Shown one piece after another: positions 26,113 to 32,716 of a DNA stretch of 32,716 bases (within the stretch, counting starts at the first letter, position 1; the number at the start of each line of letters is the position of its first letter). The DNA is taken from the NCBI GenBank assembly GCA_045134215.1, contig JBGUVH010000085.1, forward strand, positions 1 through 32,716, written 5' to 3'. The stretch comes from Acutalibacteraceae bacterium (GTDB taxonomy: Bacteria; Bacillota; Clostridia; Oscillospirales; Acutalibacteraceae). The notes under the pieces are model-generated. The model was not told the DNA's origin and did not search any database. It saw only the letters and a program-made list of their open reading frames with translations. The position numbers were made by a program, and so were the translations under genes.

Positions 26113-26826
26113 TTAAAAATAAATTTCGTTATTGTATTTTGTGGGTAAGCCCTCTTTATAAAGGTGTGAATCGTTGGCAAGCGTAAGAATTTTAGGTATA
26201 GCTATTCCGTTTTCGTCTTTAAACTCAATAACCGTAATTCCTGTATGTGATGTATCAAAATGCATAGCAAAAACAGGATACGGAATATCTAAAAGACTGC
26301 TTAAGAAGGCAAATCCAAAACCCTGATGAGCAAAAAGAGCAACTCTTTCTTCATTATCTCTAAGTACCTTATATGTTCCTGTTCCCTTTATATGCTCATA
26401 GCCAAAGCTTCTGAAGAGTTTATCACTTTCCTCTGAAACGCGCTGTAATCCGTTTTCGAAATGATAATCCTTAAAATCGGAATGAGTATACCATTTATCC
26501 CTAAGACTTAAAACCTCAGGGGAGCACATAAGCCTTCGATATTCATTCACCTGAAATATCCATCTTTTACCTGTTTCTATATCAACAGTAAAATCTCTCC
26601 ACGCGTGACCTTCATTACAGAAATCAAGCTGAGTTATATCCTTTTTAAGAATTTCGGCTGTAGGAGTTGCTGTCTGTATAGCACGATTAGAGGTAGAAGA
26701 GAAAATCCTGTCAATTCCGTATAACGCCAGTCGTTTTGCAACAGCCTCTGCCTGTCTTTCGCCCAAGGGAGTAAGAGAATCAGGATTATAAATAGGGTCA
26801 CCGTGACGCACATAGAAAAATAGCAT
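26113..26826 (-). CDS. Histidine phosphatase (phosphoglycerate mutase-like) family protein
   Basis: RHGDP motif (FYVRHGDPIY) and a second His context (LFAHQGFG). The ATG at 26826 overlaps the upstream stop as TGATG and has AAGGTG 8 nt upstream. Confidence 0.85.
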   Translation of the reverse strand: MLFFYVRHGDPIYNPDSLTPLGERQAEAVAKRLALYGIDRIFSSTSNRAIQTATPTAEILKKDITQLDFCNEGHAWRDFTVDIETGKRWIFQVNEYRRLMCSPEVLSLRDKWYTHSDFKDYHFENGLQRVSEESDKLFRSFGYEHIKGTGTYKVLRDNEERVALFAHQGFGFAFLSSLLDIPYPVFAMHFDTSHTGITVIEFKDENGIAIPKILTLANDSHLYKEGLPTKYNNEIYF

Positions 26827-28220
26827 CAGAAACACACCTTCTCGGGATTAAGAATATTTTTCGGGTCAAATACTTTTTTAATTCCCTGCATAAGCGCAAT
26901 ATGACTTTCACCGTACTGCTTTTTAAGGAAATCCTTTTTAGCATAGCCTATTCCATGCTCACCTGAAACAAGACCTCCTATTTCCTCAGCCTTTTTATAC
27001 ATTTCATCAAAGCAAAGCTTAAGCTTTTCCTGCCACTGCTTATCGTCAAGGTCATCTCTACATATATAAATATGTAGATTTCCATCGCCCGCGTGACCAA
27101 AGCTGGGAATTCTTATATTATACTTTTCAGACAAATGATGTGTAAACACAATAAACTCATCAATTTTATTGCCCGGAACTACAACATCACATTCATCCAT
27201 CTCAGTGGTAGAAGCCTTGATTGCCTCAAGGAATGCTCCGCGGGCTGACCATACTGATTTTTTTCTCTCCTCGGTGTCAACTATATAAGCATCAAGCGCA
27301 CCGATAGAAAGGCATAAATCAGCGACACTGTTAAGGTCATTTTCTACTTGTTCGTTAGTATTTCCATCAAAGGTGAGCAGGATATACGCCTCATTTTTAG
27401 TATCGGGGAATTTTTTACCCAGATAGCTTTCAGAGAAAAGAATGGTATCCCTTGACATATACTCAATAGCTGTAGGTGTAACCTTTGAACGAATAATATG
27501 GGGGACTGCTTCCAGAGCTGTCTTCATATCAGGGAAAGGCACCAGCAGACTTATAGAAACTTTTGGCAGTGGTACAAGCTTGAGCACAGCTTCTGTAATA
27601 ATCGCAAGAGTACCCTCAGAGCCGATAATAAGGTCCTTAAGGCTATAGCCAGAGCTATTTTTAGCAACCTTTCCGCCAAGCTTCATAATTTCTCCGTTTG
27701 GCATAACCACTGTAAGCTCTCTCACATAATCTCTTGTAACACCGTATTTTACAGCACGCATACCACCTGCATTAGTAGATATATTTCCGCCGATAGTTGC
27801 GCTTTTCTCACCTGGATCGGGAGGATACAGAAAATCATTTTCCTCCGCAAAAGCGGCAAGCTCCATTAAAAGCACTCCGGGCTGAACAGTAACTGTCAGA
27901 TTATCTCTGTCAAGCTCGAGTATTTTGTTCATTCCTGTGGTTTCGAGCAATATTCCGCCCTTAACAGCAACTGCAGCTCCTACAAGCCCTGTTCCGCTTC
28001 CTCTTACTGTTACAGGAATATTTCTCTCATAAGCAAGCTTCATTATCTTAGAAATTTCTTCGGTAGTATGTACCTTTACAAGTACATCAGGCATTTTTTC
28101 TATTCCGCCCAATTCATCGTGGCTGTAATCGTGGTTTATTTCTTCACCGGTAAAGACATTGTTATCATTGGAAATTTCTATTATTTTTTCAATATCGGCA
28201 GTGGTTATCTTATTATACAT
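26826..28220 (-). CDS. FAD-binding oxidase, GlcD/LctD-like (probable Etf-dependent D-lactate/2-hydroxyacid dehydrogenase)
   Basis: FAD-binding PCMH-type domain ([12 protein letters not shown]) and a C-terminal FAD-oxidase domain ([10 protein letters not shown]). It lies directly downstream of etfBA with an 8-nt overlap and has an AAGGAGG SD. Confidence 0.9.
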   Translation of the reverse strand: MYNKITTADIEKIIEISNDNNVFTGEEINHDYSHDELGGIEKMPDVLVKVHTTEEISKIMKLAYERNIPVTVRGSGTGLVGAAVAVKGGILLETTGMNKILELDRDNLTVTVQPGVLLMELAAFAEENDFLYPPDPGEKSATIGGNISTNAGGMRAVKYGVTRDYVRELTVVMPNGEIMKLGGKVAKNSSGYSLKDLIIGSEGTLAIITEAVLKLVPLPKVSISLLVPFPDMKTALEAVPHIIRSKVTPTAIEYMSRDTILFSESYLGKKFPDTKNEAYILLTFDGNTNEQVENDLNSVADLCLSIGALDAYIVDTEERKKSVWSARGAFLEAIKASTTEMDECDVVVPGNKIDEFIVFTHHLSEKYNIRIPSFGHAGDGNLHIYICRDDLDDKQWQEKLKLCFDEMYKKAEEIGGLVSGEHGIGYAKKDFLKKQYGESHIALMQGIKKVFDPKNILNPEKVCF

Positions 28221-29283
28221 TTGCCTTTACCTCCTTGATTTTTTCTATGAGCGAAGGAACTATTTCGTTCACATCGCCAACTACAGCGTAATGCGCAACA
28301 TCAAAAATAGAAGCATTCTTATCACTGTTTATGGCAACTATGCAGTCACTGGACTTCATTCCTGCCGCAAACTGAACCGCGCCTGAAATACCAAGACATA
28401 TTATAAACTTGGGTTTTACCGTTCGTCCCGAAAGACCTATTTGTCTTTTAGCATCATAAATATTTGCTTCTGCAAGTGGACGTGTACAGGCAACCATACC
28501 GCCGAGCAGCTCAGCAAGTTCTTCAGCGTATTTTCGCATAGCTTCACCCTGTGCGCCTCTGCCCACAGCAACTATTACCTCCGCCTCGGATATATCCACC
28601 TCTCTGGGTTTATCATAATAAGAAATTATTTCGATATCAGATTTAATTTTTTCCGCATCCACCGACATAGGAATAACTTCGCCTGTTCTGCTAAAGTCAG
28701 GCTGAGGCTCACTGAACACCTTATAGCGAACAGTACAGAACTGAGGTCGGGTATTTGTAGAAATAATCTGCGCCATAATATTTCCGCCGAAAGCAGGACG
28801 AATCTGCACAAGATCTGTATTGTCCTTCATTTTAAGCACCGTACAGTCGGCGGTAAGACCCGCCTTACACCTTGCAGCAATTCGCGGAGCCAGCTGTCTG
28901 CCCAGATTAGTAGCGCCAAGCATAACAGAGGAAGGCTTTATCTTCTCAATAAAATCATAGAAAGCGGCTGTATATGGTTCAATTCTGAAATGCTCGAAGG
29001 CTTCATTATCATACACATAAACCTTGTCGGCACCGTATTTAATGAGCTTCTGAACGCTTTCACGCATATCATATCCGATAACAAGCGCATATACCTGCTG
29101 TCCTGTCACGGCTGCCAGCTCTCTCGCCTTGCCGAGAAGCTCACAGGTTACGCGGTGAATATTTCTTTCTCTGTGGTCTACATATACGCAAATACCCTGC
29201 CACAGTGATTTATCCACAGCAGTAGCTTCATCTTCTCTGTATTCAATCAGTCCGCCGCCTTTTTTAACGCAAAGCCTACACAT
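28213..29283 (-). CDS. etfA: Electron transfer flavoprotein alpha subunit, intact core frame; the N-terminal ferredoxin domain is cut off by a frameshift
   Basis: Contains [30 protein letters not shown], typical of EtfA. The frame stays open upstream of the annotated Met and there encodes ...KKICPFGAISYDGEKLEISSACK before MCRLCVKK. Confidence 0.9.
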   Translation of the reverse strand: MCRLCVKKGGGLIEYREDEATAVDKSLWQGICVYVDHRERNIHRVTCELLGKARELAAVTGQQVYALVIGYDMRESVQKLIKYGADKVYVYDNEAFEHFRIEPYTAAFYDFIEKIKPSSVMLGATNLGRQLAPRIAARCKAGLTADCTVLKMKDNTDLVQIRPAFGGNIMAQIISTNTRPQFCTVRYKVFSEPQPDFSRTGEVIPMSVDAEKIKSDIEIISYYDKPREVDISEAEVIVAVGRGAQGEAMRKYAEELAELLGGMVACTRPLAEANIYDAKRQIGLSGRTVKPKFIICLGISGAVQFAAGMKSSDCIVAINSDKNASIFDVAHYAVVGDVNEIVPSLIEKIKEVKANV

Positions 29284-29317
29284 TTTACAGGCGGAGGAAA
29301 TTTCTAATTTTTCTCCG

Positions 29318-29410
29318 TCATAGGAAATAGCACCGAAGGGACATATTTTTTTTAAGAGTTTCAGCGTTTTCGCTGTTTATAAGTTCCTGTTTAATTACAA
29401 GCTCAGCCAT
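29318..29410 (-). pseudogene. etfA: 5' fragment of etfA (true start and the first 21 codons), out of frame with the core
   Basis: GGAGGG-ataaaa-ATG at 29410 gives MAELVIKQELINSENAETLKK and then runs into the A8 tract. The frame ends at a TGA after 30 codons. Removing one A fuses it in frame with 28213-29283. Confidence 0.75.
29346..29353. repeat. A8 (T8 on the plus strand) homopolymer at the etfA frameshift site
   Basis: Counted directly in ...acataTTTTTTTTaagag... Confidence 0.95.
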
Positions 29411-29421
29411 TTTTATCCCTC

Positions 29422-30210
29422 CTATATAAGCTTCTTATGCGTACTGAATCCAAACAGGGCAGCTGCCGGCTCCTCGCCCGTACCTGTTACGTATGTTTTA
29501 TCGGTGTTTTTTTCGGGCGGAAAAATTCTCTCAACCTGAGTTGCAGAACCGTTAAGACCGTAATGGTCAGGATTTTTATCATCAAAATCATCAAAGGACA
29601 AAAATGTCACTGCCTCCTCACCTAGTGACTGTTTTCTTTTATACGAAGGCAGTCTTGGAGAATTTATATCATTTTCTACTGAAATAAGACAGGGCATTTT
29701 TATGCTCATTTTTACAATCTGGTCATCAAGGGAAACGGTAAGAAAAACCTTTCTCCCGTTAATTTTATCTACCGATAAGACATTCGATACATTTGGAATA
29801 CCCAGATATTCAGCAACCTCAGCGCCTACCTGTGCAGTATCACCGTCGGTAGTCTGTTTTCCGCAAATAATAATATCAAACTCACCCATTTTCTTTATAC
29901 CCTGTGAAAGAGTATAGGCAGTAGCAAGTACATCGGCACCTGCAAATTTACGGTCTGAAAGAACAGTTCCTTTTTTAGCGCCCATACAAACCGTTTCTTC
30001 TATTACGGTTTTAGCCTGAGGAGGACCCATAGTTATACTTTCTACCTCTGCTCCGTATTCCTCAGCAAGAGAAAGTGCAGTTTCTATACCATATAAATCG
30101 TACGGATTCATTTTACTGGCAATTCCGTTTCTTTTAAGAACACCTGTAACCGCGTCAACCTCAACATTGTTTGACCCCGGTACCTGTTTTACGCAAACTA
30201 AAATCTTCAT
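29422..30210 (-). CDS. etfB: Electron transfer flavoprotein beta subunit
   Basis: The ATG at 30210 gives the canonical MKILVCVKQVPG, with a GGAGGT SD 5 nt upstream. The track start at 30252 adds 14 unsupported residues. Confidence 0.92.
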   Translation of the reverse strand: MKILVCVKQVPGSNNVEVDAVTGVLKRNGIASKMNPYDLYGIETALSLAEEYGAEVESITMGPPQAKTVIEETVCMGAKKGTVLSDRKFAGADVLATAYTLSQGIKKMGEFDIIICGKQTTDGDTAQVGAEVAEYLGIPNVSNVLSVDKINGRKVFLTVSLDDQIVKMSIKMPCLISVENDINSPRLPSYKRKQSLGEEAVTFLSFDDFDDKNPDHYGLNGSATQVERIFPPEKNTDKTYVTGTGEEPAAALFGFSTHKKLI

Positions 30211-30242
30211 TTTAACCTCCAACACCGTAAAAACTTTATATA

Positions 30243-30271
30243 ATTTTATCACGCTAAAGTACCCTTGTCAA
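30243..30271 (-). promoter_or_regulatory. Candidate sigma-A promoter for the etfB-etfA-glcD-like-phosphatase operon
   Basis: The minus strand reads TTGACA-17 nt-TAAAAT, about 30 nt upstream of the etfB ATG. Confidence 0.5.
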
Positions 30272-30280
30272 TATCGCACA

Positions 30281-30309
30281 AAAATAAAACCGCCAAAACG
30301 GCGGTTTTT
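30281..30309 (-). terminator. Intrinsic terminator after cysK
   Basis: G+C core stem accgcc / ggcggt, extendable through A/U pairs, with a 5-nt loop and the tail UUUAUUUU on the minus strand. Confidence 0.7.
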
Positions 30310-30335
30310 GTTAATTATTTAACATTTATGTGATT

Positions 30336-31265
30336 TTATTCTTCGAACAAAGGAGTTGAGAAATATCTTTCGGCTGTATCAGGAAGAACGGTAACCACTG
30401 TTTTTCCTTTACCAAGCTTTTTAGCAAGCTTAAGTGCTGCCGCAACATTAGTGCCACTGCTTATACCGCACATAATTCCTTCCTTACTGGCAAGAGCCTT
30501 AGCGGTGCTTAATGCCTCTTCGTCCTTTATTATACAAACATCTTCATATATTTCCTGATTGAGTATTTTGGGAATAACCCCATCACCGATGCCCATCTGA
30601 ATATGTGTACCTATAGAACCGCCCGAAAGAATAGCAGCGTTTTCAGGCTCAACCGCCCAGATAATCATATCAGGATTTTCTGCTTTAAGAGTTTCTCCTA
30701 TTCCTGTTATTGTTCCTCCTGTGCCTATGCCCGAGCAGAAGCCGTGTATAGCGCCGTTTACCTGACTGAGTATTTCCTTTCCTGTTGCCTGACGCTGAAT
30801 AGCAGGGTTAGCGGGATTTTCAAACTGCTGAGGAACAAACACATTTTCTCCCTCATCCTTCATTTTAAGTGCAAGCTGAACACATTCTTCAATACAAAGA
30901 CCGATATTACCTGCATCATGAACAAGAATAACCTCGGCACCGTAATGTCTTACAAGCTTTCTTCTTTCTTCACTTACAGAGTCGGGCATAATTATTTTCA
31001 CCTTATATCCTCTTACAGCACCCACAAGAGCAAGACCTATTCCCTGATTACCACTGGTTGGTTCGACAATAACGGTATCTTTATTTATAAGTCCCTTTTT
31101 CTCTGCGTCTAAAATCATATTCAAGGCTGTTCTTGTTTTTATAGAGCCGCCTACATTCAGTCCTTCAAATTTTACCAGCACATCTGCGCTGTCCTTATCC
31201 ACTATATTCTGGAGCTTTATAATGGGAGTATCTCCCATAGCTTCAAGTATGTTCCTGTAAACCAT
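30336..31265 (-). CDS. cysK: Cysteine synthase (O-acetylserine sulfhydrylase) family PLP enzyme
   Basis: PLP-lysine context GGSIKTRTALNMI, a TSGNQGIGLA block, and a GTGGTITG phosphate loop. Confidence 0.9.
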   Translation of the reverse strand: MVYRNILEAMGDTPIIKLQNIVDKDSADVLVKFEGLNVGGSIKTRTALNMILDAEKKGLINKDTVIVEPTSGNQGIGLALVGAVRGYKVKIIMPDSVSEERRKLVRHYGAEVILVHDAGNIGLCIEECVQLALKMKDEGENVFVPQQFENPANPAIQRQATGKEILSQVNGAIHGFCSGIGTGGTITGIGETLKAENPDMIIWAVEPENAAILSGGSIGTHIQMGIGDGVIPKILNQEIYEDVCIIKDEEALSTAKALASKEGIMCGISSGTNVAAALKLAKKLGKGKTVVTVLPDTAERYFSTPLFEE

Positions 31266-31269
31266 ATTA

Positions 31270-31956
31270 TCACCCTTCGTTTCCTGTTAAAAAAGAAATA
31301 GTACGCTCGACAGAATCCTTTGAATTTCCCCAATCAGCATCCTTACCGCTGTTTCTGTAATCATACATAGAGCAAAAATGCTTTATATCGCTATGAAGCG
31401 TTTTTGAATAGTCCTGCGTAATACGCGTAAGATTTTTAACAAATTCTCCGTAATAAGATTTCATATTCTTCTTATCTGCGCCACCCATAAGCATTTCAAA
31501 ATGGGGCAGACAAAACTTTTCCTGACAGTTAAACATCTTTCTAAAATCCATATCTGTTTCATAACAACGGTAAAGGGTATCTATCATTCTGCTCATACCC
31601 CACTGTATCTTGTCACAGATAAAACAGGAATCTGTTATCCTTCTTACCTTTTGACCCTTTGTCTTATTGCTGTAAAACAGCTTGTCGGTAAGCACCTGAC
31701 TGTTTATCTCATCAATATGGGACTGGAGCATAAGGGCAAGCTGAAGTCTGCCTTTTCTATGAAGCATTTTGCTAAAGTGTTTTTCGCAAAAGCCTGTTTT
31801 ATTAGTAATCATTCTTATGTCAGGCTCCATCATTGCAGCCCCCATAATATATTCTATTATCCTTTCTTGTACAGTGTTATACATTCTGCAGACAGGACAG
31901 CCGTCATTTTGTTCGAAAACCTCACTGACAGGTATGGTGCAAATATCATCTCTCAT
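31270..31956 (-). CDS. Uncharacterised Cys/His-rich protein with a duplicated CxxC...FCxxH module (possibly DUF6062-like)
   Basis: C20-x2-C23 ... C57-x2-H60 and C111-x2-C114 ... C149-x2-H152, with near-equal spacing in the two halves. The TAATG overlap with gtrA-like and the 4-nt gap to cysK indicate one operon. Confidence 0.75.
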   Translation of the reverse strand: MRDDICTIPVSEVFEQNDGCPVCRMYNTVQERIIEYIMGAAMMEPDIRMITNKTGFCEKHFSKMLHRKGRLQLALMLQSHIDEINSQVLTDKLFYSNKTKGQKVRRITDSCFICDKIQWGMSRMIDTLYRCYETDMDFRKMFNCQEKFCLPHFEMLMGGADKKNMKSYYGEFVKNLTRITQDYSKTLHSDIKHFCSMYDYRNSGKDADWGNSKDSVERTISFLTGNEG

Positions 31957-32375
31957 TATTTACCCTCTTTTATTGCAGTATCAATGCTTTTACCAAACAC
32001 GACAAAACGGTCGTAAATATATTCGGTAATAAAATTTGTAAGCATCATTATAGCAGTAACAAGATAACCGTTCCATAAAAGCTGTTCGGTAAGCACAGCC
32101 TCACCATAGGTTGAAAGAGGCGTAAACACTGCATAGAAAGCCGCTACCTTAAGCATAGCAACGGGAATATTGTTTGATGAGTGGAAGGTATATTTACGGT
32201 TAAGGGTAAAATTCCATACCACAGACAAAACAAGGGATACAAGATATGCTAACCAATCTTTAAAACCCATCAGTTCTTTGAATATGGTAAAGCCACCTAT
32301 CTGGATAATTCCTGCACTTGCAGAAAAAAGTACAAATTTTACTGTTCTTACAAGTTCTTTTTTCCTTTTATTCAT
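31956..32375 (-). CDS. GtrA-like family membrane protein
   Basis: 139 aa with 4 TM segments, the N-terminal VKFVLFSASAGIIQIG pattern, and an NRKYTF motif. GGGGGAG SD. Confidence 0.8.
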   Translation of the reverse strand: MNKRKKELVRTVKFVLFSASAGIIQIGGFTIFKELMGFKDWLAYLVSLVLSVVWNFTLNRKYTFHSSNNIPVAMLKVAAFYAVFTPLSTYGEAVLTEQLLWNGYLVTAIMMLTNFITEYIYDRFVVFGKSIDTAIKEGK

Positions 32376-32499
32376 TCTTTTCTCCCCCTACTTTACTATA
32401 CCTTGCAAGACCTATTATAGAAGAAATAATAACTATTGCTTCATATACGGCGCCAAGTCCCTAATCTATATAATATAAAATCCGTTCCATTTTTTATCA

Positions 32500-32716
32500 C
32501 TATCCCAACAAAACATCACTGATAAGCATTACAGAAAATCCCACAAGAAGCGCGTAAGTTGCCCCACGCTGACTGCCGTGGGAGTGGGTTTCGGGTATCA
32601 TTTCATCACTTATTATATAAAGCATAGTACCCCCTGCAAAAGCAAGAGCAAAGGGCAAAATCACCGATGCTATATTTACTGCAAAATAGCCGATAAAGGT
32701 GCCTATCACTTCTATT
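32500..32716 (-). CDS. ZIP-family (ZupT-like) divalent metal transporter, C-terminal part; the gene continues beyond the window
   Basis: GGTMLYIISDEMIPETHSHG is typical of the conserved ZIP TM region. The frame is open to the window edge. Confidence 0.78.
   Translation of the reverse strand, partial: IEVIGTFIGYFAVNIASVILPFALAFAGGTMLYIISDEMIPETHSHGSQRGATYALLVGFSVMLISDVLLG

Noticed and set aside
28441-29208. 255-aa plus-strand ORF inside etfA. Similar long antisense or alternative-frame ORFs occur at 30603-31112, 31501-32016, 21812-22249, 4260-4655 and 24616-24966.
   Set aside because: All overlap strongly supported genes and have biased compositions (for example L/S/R-rich) typical of off-frame translation. 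None has a ribosome-binding site.
32376-32499. Possible T-box or SAM riboswitch upstream of the gtrA-like/Cys-rich/cysK operon
   Set aside because: The gap is only ~124 nt, has no recognisable conserved T-box or SAM-I sequence blocks, and has no terminator/antiterminator pair.
1-32716. Window-wide search for CRISPR arrays, tRNA/rRNA genes, transposases/integrases, toxin-antitoxin pairs and defence islands
   Set aside because: None was seen. Intergenic gaps are short, and all large ORFs have housekeeping, sporulation or metabolic assignments.

Overview
This window looks like chromosomal core DNA from a low-G+C, endospore-forming Firmicute, probably a member of the Clostridia. About 31 protein genes are tightly packed, most on the minus strand. 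I saw no rRNA, tRNA, CRISPR array, transposase, integrase or recognisable defence system. In window order, the recognisable genes are: a PF06695-type small export protein, htrA, folD, lgt, an active/inactive M16 peptidase pair, addA/addB, bofA, secG, rluB, dacB, ytfJ, scpB/scpA and an M50 protease. These are followed by murI-DUF1934-argS on the plus strand, tsf/rpsB, an Etf-linked FAD-dependent (lactate) dehydrogenase cluster (etfB-etfA-glcD-like) with a coupled histidine phosphatase, a gtrA-like/Cys-rich/cysK operon, and a partial ZIP metal transporter. Four loci are unusual. (1) An A+T-rich 635-bp segment sits between the convergent argS and tsf terminators and is bounded by a perfect 21-bp direct repeat that duplicates half of the tsf terminator. 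It carries its own promoter, a roughly 150-nt highly structured leader that I cannot assign to any known RNA class, and a small lipoprotein gene. (2) etfA is split by a +1-nt frameshift in an A8 homopolymer inside its N-terminal ferredoxin domain. (3) An uncharacterised protein with a duplicated CxxC...FCxxH module is translationally coupled between a GtrA-like protein and cysK. (4) A membrane-anchored protein has a degenerate CinA-like domain and a long acidic linker. All family assignments come from motif recognition by eye; no database search was run.
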